A stretch of 64,000 nt of DNA from assembly GCF_006345805.1 (NCBI RefSeq), contig NC_043006.1, forward strand, positions 77,748,001-77,812,000. The letters are read 5' to 3'. This document shows, in pieces, positions 12,611 to 26,710 of this stretch (position 1 is its first letter; every line of letters starts with the position of its first letter). A model generated the notes under the pieces. The model had not been told where the DNA came from and did not search any database. It worked only from the letters and a program-made list of their open reading frames with translations. Origin of the DNA: Octopus sinensis (taxonomy: Eukaryota). Made by a program: the position numbers and the translations under genes.

Positions 12611-13305
12611 ACGAAATAACAAACACATCCGCGCATAAATATATGCAGGATAACCGTAAAACCTGAACACATGGGTTACAGAAAGAAACAGAATATTAGA
12701 GATATACCAAATGTATCCAGACTTCACTGTCACCATGTGTGAATGTGTGCCTGTGCGTGTATGTGTGTTTGTGTATTGTGTGTGTATGTGTGAGTTTATG
12801 TATGTTTGTATTTGTCTGTCTCTCTGCATGTATGCCTGTCCGTCTGTCTGTCTCTCTGGCTGGCTGACTCTTACTTTTAACAAAAGCTCGTGTAAATGCA
12901 CAGTCTACATTTTGTAGAGCATAACTGCTTTACTATACGTAATTTGCTTTCCCCGAATTTTTTGCCTCCGTTCATTCAACTATCAGTCTTTTATGGAAGA
13001 CCAACGCATTCGAAATGGTAGTTGGACAAGTTGTTTTGATACACTGCAGATCCAAACTGAAATTTATATAAATTCTTAGAGTTACTGCTTCTATTGCTTG
13101 ATGTTGATAGATTTCTCTTCTTAACGAGAGAAATTCTATCCTATTACAATACGATATCACTAATTTGCTTTCTCATCGATACTACTTTAATGCTGCGTAT
13201 TGTTTTTTTTAAGTGGAAAGACACAATACATTGTTTATTGATGGTAGGAATTACCAATTTACGATTATAAAATTACTTAGTAGATGATTAGTAGTAAAAT
13301 TACTT

Positions 13306-13450
13306 AGGCTGAGTGGAAAGAAACTTGTTCCCCGTCATATGGTTCCGGGTTGGGTCCCACTGTCTGGCACCTTGCGCAAGTGTCTTCTACTATAGTCTTG
13401 AGCCGACCAAATGCCTTGTGAGAGGATTTGGTAGACTGAAAGAAGCCGCC
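13306..13450 (+). mobile_element. SINE family A, 5' half only
   Basis: GGCTGAGTGG...GGTTGGGTCCC..GGCACCTTGCGCAAGTGTCTTCTACTATAG...GGATTTGGTAGACTGAAAGAAGCC. Confidence 0.75.
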
Positions 13451-13479
13451 GTTTCAGATTCACCACATGTGAATCACAC

Positions 13480-13670
13480 TTCTATATTTAAGAGATGAAG
13501 AATTATGTACATGATTTACAATTGACGGATATTTGTGCTCATCTTGTTTGTTATTAACACTAAGGTTTCAGCTGATACACCCTCCAGCCTTCATCAGGTG
13601 TCTTGGGGAAATTTCGAACTTGGGTTCTCATACCTAGCGTATTTTTCGATGTTGTTGTTGTTGTTGTAAT
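13480..13670 (-). mobile_element. Penelope-type terminal module ('Q') with degenerate hammerhead motif
   Basis: Minus strand: GACAC CTGATGA A GGCTG..CAGCT GAAACCTTA GTGTT (13556-13602). The same module recurs at 57190-57520 and partly at 15410-15470. Confidence 0.65.
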
Positions 13671-14186
<516 letters not shown>

Positions 14187-14666
14187 GTGAGTGGGAGAGT
14201 GCATGCCATCAAAGTGACACTGGGGTAAAATATACGAAGTCCAATATACCCATCATGACTACCCGTCTGATAAGGGTACACCAGGCACATGCATCACAAC
14301 CATATGTACGCGAGATGGTGATCTAATATCAAGATAAACAGCACATACCTTGCAGGTGGGGCCCAGTTAGAATTTTCTTCAGGTTGAGTAGCCCATCCCG
14401 CTCCAAAGGTCCCTGAATAAAGGTTGTTTAAGGATGTTGAAAGAACCACCCATGTTTCCAGAGGTGAATTATTCAAACCCCAAAGAATCCCTCTCAACAC
14501 ATGGCTATGATGCTCCCCCACTACTTCTGCTCGTGATCAGAGATGCACATATCGTCAGCCACTAAGGGACATGCTCAACTGGTTAAGGTCAAACAACTGA
14601 CAAGCAAATCTGTGGTATTGAGCAGAATATTTGCTGTAGCCCACATTTTATACCTAGACAAAACAA

Positions 14667-14669
<3 letters not shown>
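14187..14669 (-). mobile_element. Element X copy 2 (truncated at its TGCCC end)
   Basis: Homologous to the other copies but stops at ...AAAACAATGT, then ATT repeats. About 70 bp missing. Confidence 0.8.
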
Positions 14670-14753
<84 letters not shown>

Positions 14754-14754
14754 C

Positions 14755-14789
<35 letters not shown>

Positions 14790-14794
14790 AATTA

Positions 14795-14840
<46 letters not shown>

Positions 14841-14858
14841 ATTATTATTACTATTATT

Positions 14859-14936
<78 letters not shown>
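14670..14936 (+). repeat. (ATT)n/(ATC) microsatellite
   Basis: Seen directly. Confidence 0.95.
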
Positions 14937-14940
<4 letters not shown>

Positions 14941-15410
14941 TCACCGCCTGGAATCGAACTCGGATTAGCAGCCGACTATGCCATTTGCCCGTGGGCAATT
15001 ATGGAGTGAATTTTAGGGCTTATAAATCTAACATTTTCCTATCCTTCCTTAATACCGGTTCCCATATACTGTTCATATCTGCACTCGGTCTGCTTAGGCG
15101 GTTGTTGTGTCCTAGCGTATGTGCTGCTTCTTTTAGTTTTCGTATTTTCCAGTGGCCTTCTCCCTCTATTATTTTAAATTCATCCTACAGGGGAAGGTGG
15201 TCTCCATTTTTCCATACATGATCAGCTATACCCGATTTATCAATATATCTCCGTGTCGCAGCTTTGCGATGCTCCTCTACCCTTATTTTGAGGGGGCGGC
15301 ATGTTTCACCTTTGTAAAACCTACAAGAGCTGGATGGGATGGAGTACACACAGTTCTTAGTCTTATTCTCTTCTATTGGTGGTTCTACTCGACGGAAAAA
15401 TTTGCGAAGT
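14937..15410 (-). mobile_element. Penelope-like element 3' end with C-terminal GIY-YIG endonuclease fragment
   Basis: KNCVYSIPSSSCRFYKGETCRPLKIRVEEHRKA...KSGIADHVWKNGDHLPL*DEFKIIEREGHWKIRKLKEAAH...IWEP. Followed by a short 3' UTR with a tRNA-like B-box, then (TAA)n. Confidence 0.85.
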
Positions 15411-15469
15411 GTTAACAACAAAAAAATATGAAGACAAATATCTGTCAATTCTAAATAATGTAAATAAGG

Positions 15470-15680
15470 CATATGTGAATCGTTGGCGATTTTTTTCCTC
15501 TGTCTTCCTTTTCTATTGAACTTCCTGTTTCTCAAGAAGAGCTTTGCTTGAAACGTTAAACCATCTTGTTTTTTCCTTCCCAGAGCGTCTGCTAATACTT
15601 TACATGTACCACGTCCTCGCCTTGTTGTTTTTTGTGTTTGTTCTTTGTTTTTTGTTTTTTTGTGTGGGGGGCTTTACTAT
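15470..15680 (+). mobile_element. Short HHR-bearing PLE-derived element ending in (TA)n
   Basis: GTTT CTCAAGA A GAG CTTTG CTT GAAACGTT AAAC (15527-15561) is a minimal type I hammerhead with a mutated core. Confidence 0.55.
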
Positions 15681-15734
15681 ATATATATATATATATGTCT
15701 GTATGTGAGTGTGTGAGTGTGTGTGTATTTAAGT

Positions 15735-15960
15735 ATGTATATAGTTCTCAATGTGTGTCTGTGTTTGTCCACCCTCCATCGTTTGACATCCGGTGATGGT
15801 GTGTTTCCCTCCCCATAAAATAACGGTTCAGCAATGGAGACCGACAAAATAAGTACTAGGCTTACAAAGAATAAGTCCTGGGGTTCATCTGTTCGAACAA
15901 AGGCGGTGCTCCGGCATGGCCGCAGTTAAATGCGTAAAACAAGTAAAAGAAAGTATAAAA
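15735..15960 (+). mobile_element. SINE family A, 3' half
   Basis: TGTTTGTCC..CCATCGTTTGACATCCGG...GGCGGTGCTCCGGCATGGCCGCAGTTAAATGCGTAAAACAAGTAAAAG. Confidence 0.75.
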
Positions 15961-16698
15961 GAATGTATTTGAAGAAACAATGAGGGACTGAGTGAGCTAT
16001 TGCTCATGATCTTTGCAGGATTTTCGAGAGTGGGAAATTGTTGCAATTTCATTTTAAAATGTTGCTCTTTAACACCTGTAGCAATGACATGAGCTGGCTG
16101 AAGGCGATTTCGTGGACAGAAATGACTGCTATACTGTTTAGTGCGGGATGGAAGTACGATGACAGCCAGCTCCGTGGCGCAGAAGACATTATAGCAGCAA
16201 AAAGAAAATCAGAGGAGGAAACAAACCACCAAAATATCAGAGGCCGTTATTCACATAATTCGCTGTCAGCTCATACCACAAACAAAACATTATCAAAAGT
16301 GACATACTCCATGAGAGTGTGAACACCTGGGAACGGATGTTAGAAAAATTTGTACCCCTGCATTAGTTATCAGGAACTGATACGAAAACATTAAAAAGTT
16401 AGCAATGAAAAAAATAAATGAAAATGCAACTCGGTTGTGCAATTCGAGAGGAAGCTTCTAAATCAAGGTTAGTGAAGGGTGGAGTCTGTAGGCGGGAGGA
16501 TTTGATAGGATATTTGAATGTTATACACAGTCGAAATCTTCCCTAACTTCTAGGGTAGCATTTCTTACATCGAACTTCTCTTAAAGCAAAATTCCACTTG
16601 AGAATAACATGAGAGAGGATGTTGATGATGGACCTGGTTCTGCAGAAGCCGTAGTAGTTGTCTCTAAGAGAGATTCCTGGTTTGTGAGAATCTCAATA

Positions 16699-16903
16699 CA
16701 ATAATCCCTCGACTATCGTAGGTGTTACGTTCCAAAACCTCCCACAGAAATAATTAAAATCTAAAAGAATATAAATACCCATCGGCCGCAGAAACCTGGA
16801 TATACTTACAAGTCCACGACATAATTTTATATATATTAGACAGAAAAATCTGAGATGTACTGAATGCGTGATAAGTGAACCGCGATATGGTGAGGGATTA
16901 CTG
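16699..16903. mobile_element. pogo/Tigger-like MITE
   Basis: Imperfect TIRs CAATAATCCCTCGACTATCG / reverse complement CAGTAATCCCTCACCATATCG, flanked by TA on both sides. Confidence 0.65.
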
Positions 16904-17729
16904 TATTAATTTTAGTTTAATTTAATTTTATTTTATTTTATTTTATTTACGATGGTACACTATGCAGCGTCTACGGGAGTAGCGAATTATTTGATATATC
17001 CAGCGGGTTGAGCACCTGGATCCACAGAAATAATTTCTAATCAAAAGAACCATTTTTCATCATCCTTTCATTTTATTGTATCATGACGCCTGGAATATTG
17101 TTACCCCAACACCGCCTATAAGTTTCCCATATTAGACAAAACATTATCAAAACTAACATACTCCAGACTGTAAATTCAAAAGAAAACCTATAAATATGCC
17201 AAACCGCTTCTAAGCACTCACACAACATACTTTGACAGAGAAATCTTAGATGATAACATATACTTTATTAAATTCGTCTCAAAAGTAGATTAATAATGAT
17301 GGAGTTTAGATTATATTGCAGTACAATGCGAAAATAAATACTCAAACACCACAGAGATCAAAGCATAAACAGGTTGCTGCTAATATGGCGGCGGAAGAAT
17401 CAAGATATTTGACCACAGCAAAACAACTTATTACCTGACGTGAAAGCCTAGCATTTTGTCAGAAATGTCTTCAAAAATTTCGCCTCTAAATGAAGCACAC
17501 GGAAGCCCAATTTATTCCAGTTCGTGGAAAGGAGACTGTGAACACCTGGAACAGGGATTCAGGATTTAGAAACTTTATTGCACTACATCAGTTGTAGTTG
17601 TCATGTACTGATACGAAAACATTGAAAGAGTTAGTAATGAAAAAATAATAGAAAATGCAACTCGGTTTGTCTATTTTGAAACGTATAAACGGAATGATGT
17701 ATCTCATATTCACAAATACTTATATACTC

Positions 17730-18860
17730 TAGAAGCAAACGTTGTGGATCAAGTGCTTCCTGTCTAACAGAACCCAACATGTTGTAGTCGAAGGAGTCAA
17801 ATCTAGCCCAGCCAAAGTCAGCAGTGGTGTCCCACAAGGCACTGTGTTGGGCCCACTTCTCTTCATCATCTACATAAATGATATTACTGACACCATCAAA
17901 CACAGTAACATCAGAACCTTCGCTGATGATTCCAAGCTCCAGAAGGTCATCAATGGCGTGGATGACCGAATAAACCTTCAGTCAGACCTACTCGCTGTTG
18001 TCCAATGGGCGGAAAAGAGTAACATGTTGCTAATTGAAGACAAATTCGAACTGATCCACTTTGGAAGGGAGGACGCTCTGAAACTCCCATACTCTCTTCC
18101 TTCTGGAGAAATTCTCATGGCATCCAACAACATCAGAGACCTGGGAGTAACAGTGGACAACAACATAAGCTGGGCTACACATATAAGCAGCAAAGTTGAC
18201 ATGGCCCGCAGAATGTGTTCCTGGATTCTCGGAACCTTCCTGTCGAGAGATTCCCACGCTATTATCCTTCTCTTCTCCACTTTTGCCCGACCCCACCTTG
18301 AATACTGCTGTCCACTGTGGTTTCCCTCCCCAAAGGTCAATCACAAAAAAGATAGATGGCATGTCAGACCTTGACTACTGGGGTAGACTAGAGAAGCTGA
18401 AATTGTATTCACTCCAACGACGCAGTGAACGCTACATTATCTGTATGATGTGGAAAATATTCCATCAGCACTGTCCGAATGATGTTGGCATCACCTTCAA
18501 AATGCATCCAAGGCTTGGACCACGTGCCATCCGTCCACAACAAAAATCTAAATCGCATCACATAACGACAATACGGCACAACTATTTCACCTCAATTGGA
18601 CCCGCTCTCTTCAACATTACACCAGGACACATCAAAAAAGAAACTGACCACACAAAATTCAAGAAGTCTTTGGACAAATTCCTTCAAACAGTACCGGACA
18701 AACCACCCACACCCGGATATGTCTCCGCAAACAATAACTCTCTGCTCGAATGGGCCTTGGTTCCCAAATCCTGAACTGAAAGACTTCGCCAGGTGGTGCT
18801 ATTAAGTTAGACATGGCCTGGGCCAATAGTGGCCAAAACCTTTCTAAGTTATTCTAAGTT
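17730..18860 (+). mobile_element. CR1-like LINE, 5'-truncated (RT domain to 3' tail)
   Basis: WIKCFLSNRTQHVVVEG..SSGVPQGTVLGPLLFIIYINDI...FADDSKL...RPHLEYCC.LW, frameshift near 18330-18370, then YWGRLEKLKLYSLQRRSERY...FKKSLDKFL. The 3' tail is a short TTCTAAGT repeat. Confidence 0.9.
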
Positions 18861-18863
18861 TAT

Positions 18864-18908
<45 letters not shown>

Positions 18909-19075
18909 AGATAGATAGATAGGGAGACAGATAGATAGATAGGGAGACAGATAGATAGATATGTATGTATATATATATATGTATATAATATATATATATA
19001 TATGTATATATATATGCATGTATGTATATATCTATATCTATCTATATATATATGTATGTATTTATGTATGTATAT
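18861..19075. repeat. (TA)n/(GATA)n/(TATG)n compound microsatellite
   Basis: Seen directly. Confidence 0.9.
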
Positions 19076-19759
19076 CATGTAAAATGAGTTAAATTTTTGT
19101 GTATTCACTAAAATCAACCACACGCACTATTGCACTGGCATAATACGGATTTTTTGTGACCACTTTATAACTTTGTATTCAATACGTGCTCGTGTGTTAC
19201 TGGAATATTTTGTGATTGTACATTAAAAAATCTTCCTCATAAATTTCTTATGATACAACTGCGCCTAGATAATAAGGGAAACTCACTTTATCACATGAAT
19301 AACAAGAAATAACATGCATATCGTCAGCAACTCTAAAAACTGTGATGTAAAAACAGAATAATGATTGTTGTTGCACAATATGATTAATAGATGTTGTTAC
19401 ATGTGTTAAATATTTCATTACATGGCTGTTTGATTAAGGCTGCCCTGGAGTTAAATGTACAAAAACAAACCGTTTTTTTCTTTTTCTTTTCTTTTTTTTG
19501 CCTCTTTTATTTTCTTAAATAGGTGTGAAGGGACCTGTATACATAGTATTTGAAAAACAAATATACACGGCTACTTCCAACGGGACTTTTTTGTGGCATG
19601 ATCTTAAATACTTGCAGAATAGTCTCACATGGTTCGTATTCAGATAATGTATATTTACCATACAGTAATTCCACACTATGTTTATCATGGAGATTTCTTC
19701 TCAAGTGAATCTTCAGCTTTTGCATAATACCTTATCTATTATAGGTACATAGTTTGAAA

Positions 19760-19900
19760 TTTTGAGGAAGGGGGTGTTGGTCGATGAGATCGACCCCAGT
19801 AACTGACTGGTATTCATCCTATCCGCTTTGAAAGGATGAAAGGCTTGAGAACATCTGGGGAATTTGAACTGAGAACGTAAAAACAAACGAAACCGAGTTA
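19760..19900 (-). mobile_element. SINE family B, diverged fragment
   Basis: ATCGACCCCAGTAACTGACTGGTA...GAAAGGATGAAAGGC...GAATTTGAACT is the reverse complement of the family B core. Confidence 0.6.
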
Positions 19901-20281
19901 CGTATTTCGTACGCAGTGATATCGTATTTGTTACCTCGTTGCCTTAGCAACCATTTTTATATAATATTGTCAACCATGATTGTTACCCAGGTTACAAAAC
20001 AAAAGGGTTCAACGAGTATCCACTCGGTTACACAGAGTAATACGCTAAACCTCAAAGTCTACAACTGTCGATTACTTCGGTCGCGAAACATTAATTCCCA
20101 TTTGATATGAAGCACCAGTAACAAAATGGAAACAGCGACCTTTCTGCTCTCACGAATGCAACTTATCGGTCTGCTAATTTACTTCCCACAGCAAAGGCTA
20201 ATATGTTATACCTAAACATTCTATTTAAAACTGTATATTCGTATAATACCCACATAGTTTGAATGTGTGTATATATATATA

Positions 20282-20329
<48 letters not shown>

Positions 20330-20495
20330 GTGTGTGTGAACATATATTACATACACGTATATCGATCACTCTTTTTCCCCGGTCTGCTTCGGGTGGCAAC
20401 TGTAACAGAAATAGAAAGTCATGCAATGTCTATGGCTATAGCTCAGACTCTATAAACAGTTATGTATGTAAACATCTTTGGATTAATACATATAT

Positions 20496-20541
<46 letters not shown>

Positions 20542-21028
20542 TTAGTTGTTTACTATTGAACCATATAGCATGATCTCATGATTATATTAGGTAAAAACGA
20601 ATAAAATCTAGTGTTATTAGAGATGTTTGCTGCAATTCCATAAAACGTCTGTATTTATAAATGCTATATCAGAATAGATATTTATTAATGCAACATAAGA
20701 GAATTATTAACGATATTAGAGTACCAGTCTGGATAACGAACTGAAGTAAACGACAACAGCGTATTTATATATGACCATGCATGCACGTGAAATCGTGCGT
20801 GTATCTATGCATAATTATGAATAATATTCTGTAGAAATATTTATTTCCTTCAGTCCGTTGCTAATGGAATAAGATTTGTTTGGCTTTGGTTATCTGTTTA
20901 TATTAGGATTATATTGTTAAGTATCTATGTATATATATATACATAATATATACATGGATACATATACAAACACTCACATGCACACAAACAGATATAAATG
21001 TGTGTGTCTGTGTGTGGATGTTTATATA

Positions 21029-21079
<51 letters not shown>

Positions 21080-24000
21080 ATTATATATATATATATATAT
21101 ATAGGTACGTATATTTGTATTTATATAAACATATGTATATGCCTATATAAACAAGTGTGTGTGTGTGTGTCTGTGTTTGGGTGTTTTTATATAGATATAT
21201 ATAGGCACATATATTTGTATTTATATACACATATGTATATGCCTATATAAACATAATATATATATGTGTGCGTTTGTGTGTGTGGGGGGGTGCATGTGTG
21301 TGTGCGTGTGTGTGTGTGTGCGTGTATGTCTGCCTGTGCGTACAAACCTTTTCGTGAAGAAACGAAAATATCTGATATTGCGCTGATTATGATTTCAGTT
21401 TCCATTTATATCCACACAACGTCACTTAAAATTGATAATGTATTCGAGAAAAGCATGAATAATATACAATATGAATCCTCTTTAAATGATAAGATTGTTA
21501 TTTTTCTAGGAAAGAAGCCATTGCTGATTTATGGTTTTTCCATATAGAGTAATATAATTTTAGTCTATTCAAGCAATGTCATATTTATCTTTTATTTCGA
21601 AAAGCTTTCGTTGATTTATTCTATGTTAACAATTAACTATTAATTTAAAGTTTTAAATTTCTTCATTATTACCCATAACATAAATTTGTTTTTCCTCATG
21701 ATAATGTAAAGAAGGTAAACTTGATTAAATTCTTTCCTACATTACGCTTTAATGAAACAATTACAAAATTAATCTATTTCCGTAATACAGGCTTTTTGAA
21801 AATCATTTTCATAAGAATCAATATACCCTAGTCGATGCCACCTTTAAGACTATTATGACTTAAATTAGGTGTGGCGGAGCTTTTGAAACATAGTTTCCAA
21901 TAGAATATGATGAGATTTGCTCTGTCAAGTCCACTATGGGTAGCGTACCCTGGGCACAGTTGTCATATGCACGTTATCCATAAAAGTTTCAAATCTCCGT
22001 TCAAATTCAGTCATGCTGTCACTTTACCTTGAATCGTATCATTGAATTTCTGTTGGGGCAACTTCATAAGATATATGCCACGCTTCACGGTAATTTCTTT
22101 CTTTTGTAGTTATTGAAGTTTGAAATTTCACTGGAATATTTCAGTCCACGCCGCCTTCAGTGGTCGCATTTTATTGATATATGCAAGTGCAATACAACCA
22201 CGCGTCTCTAAACACATACACCTTACAGTACCGGGAGGTATTAACAATGTATTACTCATCCGAAGCCAAACAGAAATGACTCCCTGAATCATGTTTGGTA
22301 CATTAGTATGTAAGCTTATAGATGGGATATCACGGAAATATTTGCTCCCAATCTGCCATCCATATTTCCAGTCACTGAACATTGGTGACTTTCGTGGTAC
22401 TACATAGCATATCATAAAGTTACATTGCCTCAAAATGATATCACATCTTTGTTTTAGACCTTAAAAGAACGATCTATTGCGTTTGGCTAAAGGAATTCTT
22501 CCCTGTAGGCTCCGAGTTTTCATTCCAGGCTAGTATTTTATATCCGAACACCAGTTCTCTTGCATCAATCCTATTGAACAATGGTAGTACAGCTGACGTC
22601 AGTGCTTCATGGCAGACGTAAACAATTAAAGTCTATATCGACCCCATCTTCAGAAATTAAGGTAAGATTTAAGAGGATTTGTCTCTTAATTGTAAGGAGC
22701 ATTCACTAGCATCTTTGTTGGCTTAAGACAAAAACATTTTTTTATCTGCTAAACTTAATAGGTAAATAGAGTAGCAATAATCAACTGTTCTATATATCAT
22801 TTCAATAAAACAACTGATTGAAAAGAAAGACTAAAATCACGCAGACATTGCATAACAGTAAAAGTCCACAAAGAAATAATAGGAAACCCAGTGTGTACTT
22901 TTAATAAACCGACAATATGATAACAAAGATATTCATTAAACATATTTTAGATTTTATAAACTGGAAACTAAGATACACAGTTCCAAAGATCGGAAACGAA
23001 GTACTACATCTAACTTCTCTAACAAGAACGATATATCGACTGCTGTGCTAAATATTTAATTATTGTATAATTCTACGTATCCATGTCAGAAAGTTTTTCG
23101 TGAATAATGTAGAATTTGGTGAAACTTTGCCTGACATACTTAACAGTTATACTGATAATATAATTTAAAGATACATTCTAATAGGTAAATACGGAAATGA
23201 GTTTCTTTGATGCATCTGTGCATTAGTTTGGATTTGACATCCTATACACAATGAAAACAGAGTTCTGTCTACCATCAGAGAAATTTACAGGGACGACGGC
23301 AGTTTGGCCAGAGTCTCATGACATGAAGAGGCATGGCAAAAATATAATTGTATACTAACTAGGTTACGGTAAAACCTTTTAATACAAAATAAGGATAAAT
23401 TCTAAAATAAAAGTAACTTTTCTAAATGCTGCAAACGGAAAATCTACGGTAAAATCTGAGTGCACAAACATAAAAAAATAAAAACATCAATCATCCATCG
23501 CCAGTCATAAAGAACATTACAGTCGTTAGCAGACGCATGTCTGACTAAGCGTTGAGCAGTTACATATTTGCTACTAATTATATTCATTAACAGAGCAATC
23601 AGCATCCATTAATAGATCTAACAAAACCTATAGTTTTAATACATTCACAAGTGCAACAAAGAACTTCGTTATCATATTCCGTATGGACTTATCCTCTTTA
23701 CAAATATGTCACGAAATTTTGAACAGAAACTGTGATAAAGTCAATATTTATAGGTGTTACATAGCATTATATATAACTTGGCAAATCCATGATTCTTTAA
23801 ATTAACATATCCCACTACCAAATGCAATTTCAGATTTTGAGTTGCGGTTGCTTATGAAAACAACTAAATTACAAAGCAGATATAGAATCAAAAGACACAG
23901 AATACAAATATATATCATTTTTATCCAGAACATTTTTAAAGCAAGCTTCACAAAATAATTTTTCAGTGCGAGATAAATTAAACTGTAAAGCCATAACAAA

Positions 24001-24574
24001 TACAGAATTTCTGCAGCAAGACAAGCATACAACGGCAGCATCATAAAGACGGTTGACGAAACCATTTATCATGCCTCCATACAATGAAATATATGCTTCG
24101 ATCATTCAATAGAGCCCGACCATAGAGGGTTTCGACACGCAAGTTAGTGCTGCTTCACGTTAGGTGGATATAAAATATAAAAAGTAAATTATTACTATCG
24201 AGTGAATATATCATTCTTTTCGAATGATATACGCTTTATGTCTACTAAGTCAGATAAGGAACAGTAAAGTATATACAGGTAAGAATTTTTTATATCAATT
24301 CAAGGAAATGTAAAATGGTAGAATAATTTAGTTGAGAAAAATGTTCTTTTACAAGTGTTTACCTTAACAAAGGACATGAGAGAAAAACCCACATAACATG
24401 AAATAAAGTTGTGCACTACAATCCAGAGGACCTTGGCATTTAGATTTAAAATCATTGTATTTATACACAAAACAATGGATTGAAGAGGGTTTTTTGAACG
24501 GATAATTCATATGGTGTGTGTGTGAGCAAATATATATATATTTATATATATATATCACATGATAACATGTTCGA

Positions 24575-24796
24575 CCAAGTTCTCAGATGTGCTACAAAGC
24601 GTTTTACATTGTTTTAACCTTCGGATGACGAAGCTGGCTAAGTGAGCAGGCAAGCATTTCCCCCTGATCGAAAGGGGGGACTGGAGCAACGTGACACGAA
24701 GGTTTCTGCTCAAGAACACAACGCGCCGCCCAAAGAGGGAATCGAACCCACGATCTAGCAATCGTAATCGCAACAGCCCAACTATTAGACCACGCC
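24575..24796 (-). mobile_element. tRNA-derived SINE family C
   Basis: Minus strand GGCGTGGTCTAATAGTTGGG...GGGTTCGATTCC...GCGGCGCGTTGTGTTCTTGAGCA. Related copies at 27738-27866 and 53373-53492. Confidence 0.75.
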
Positions 24797-24829
24797 TATT
24801 GTATGTGTATACATATATATATATATATA

Positions 24830-25804
24830 TACTAGCTTAAGGTGACCCGCTCTACGCGCTGGTGAGAGTGTGGTTGTTACTTTCTGTTGCTTCGTTTCTG
24901 TTTCTTATCGCCACATTCTCCCTCTTTGATCCTCTCTCCTTTCTCTCTCTCTTTCCCACTCTCTTACTCTGCCTTTCTCTCGGACACTCTCTCGCTTTCT
25001 CTTACTCTATCTTTCTCGATCTGTCTCTCTCCCATTTATAAGAAAAACCAAAAATCTTGAGTAACTTGAGAAAAAATATTTTGAAAGATCAATCATAAAT
25101 ATCAGGCAGTGACAACGGAAAGTACACTTGCCTTTTGTACGTGCCACTTTTTGAGCGATTAAAAATAAGGAAAAAAGGATTTCTTTGTTAAATTTAGTAT
25201 TTATTTGGGGTACTTTTCGACGATTACCCATGCAAATGAAAGCTCTATATACAGGTTACATGCAGCTTTAAATTTCTTTCAGAAAAAATGAAAACTGTAA
25301 ACAATAAAAAATATAAGACAAAAATACATAAAACTGAGAAATGTTTTTTCAACATGAAAAATTTTGCCTTAATTTTCAAAATTTCGGCCCATTTTCCGCG
25401 CTTAAATTACAAATCCGCTTCCACTTTACCATGTTGAAAACGTGATAAAAATCGGGCAAAAGTGCACAAAGTGTCCCCAAAAATCAATAAAATCACCGTT
25501 TTCACACCAAAGCATCGACTGTAGCGCCCCAAAATATCTCCTAATCAATTTCGCAGGTTATCCCTTGCTTTAAATTTCAATCCCCTTCCATCCCCACTTA
25601 GACCCCTTTTCACATAAAAATCCAATTTGTATCAACGTTCGTCTTCATTTTATATGTTTTATTGCTTCGGTATTATAACCCGATTTCATTCGCGTATACG
25701 AGGGCCACAATTTAAAAGATGGGAATTTTGCCCTAGAGGCGATGCCTTTCAATTGAGCAAACTCAAAGTTTCCATGCATACCTGACCACATATGCACACA
25801 TATA

Positions 25805-25891
<87 letters not shown>

Positions 25892-26710
25892 AAATTATGT
25901 GTGTGTATATATATATATAAATTAGCATAATATACCTGATTAATATCTTTTATGATTGTGCGGTGGTGGTGGGCGAGAATAAAAACCTGTGGCGGGATAA
26001 TTTAAACTTTTGCGGCTGTCATCGCTTTCTATCTATAGACAGACGGACAGTGGGAGCGGTTCTGGGAGAAAGAATGACAGAGAGACAGCGAAGCTTTCAA
26101 GCATCGTTATAGAGAGAAAGTAGGGGGAAGGAAATAGAGAGATCGGGGAAGAGAGGGTGACATGCGAAAGGGAGAAATGACAAACACTTGTCAACGTGTG
26201 GTTTTTGTTGCTCTTGTAACCACAGCTTTTGAAATAGAGGTTTCTAATCTAGTTCACTCATTTCCCCGCCTCTTTTTACATGTCCCTGTCAATTTTGGAG
26301 CCAATCCGACCCAATCTAGTGCCCCTTAATCCTTTCCAATCCCAAAATGAGACTAACAAGCTTTTCGCATTTCAGCATGTCGTGAACAATATGTATCACA
26401 CATACGGTTCATGGTTCATTTATTATTTTTATCATTATCATTATGAGACAGATAGTTAATCATTTCAACCCTTACATAAACTATTGCTTGCTTGTTGGTT
26501 AAATGAGCAATTCAGTTGGTTAGCTTGCCAGCCCAATCATCAAAATTAAGGAACTCAACATATCTTAGCCGAAAGATTATCGAATCGTTTGATATCTCAT
26601 TCGTCGAAATCGACAACTCAGTTTTCGCGTCCAAAAGGAACGCACGCACCACACACAGACACACACACACAAACTCTGTTGTTTTATATAATGTGTGTAT
26701 ATATGTGTAA
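24830..26710 (+). mobile_element. Possible non-autonomous Helitron/Helentron-like composite
   Basis: Starts TACTAGCTT..GACCCGCTCTACGCGC and ends ...ACAGACACACACACACAAACTCTGTTGTTTTATATAAT, termini resembling Lep1/HINE-type rolling-circle elements. Internal CT-rich, GA-rich and TA tracts. No Rep/Hel coding seen. Confidence 0.35.

Noticed and set aside
14937-15000. Functional tRNA gene
   Set aside because: No complete cloverleaf (D arm and acceptor stem are defective), so it is treated as a tRNA-like module only. The same applies to the SINE heads.
23802-24065. Hydrophobic minus-strand ORF resembling a membrane protein or GPCR
   Set aside because: Hydrophobicity is explained by T-rich composition. 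There are no family motifs, and flanking frames are full of stops.
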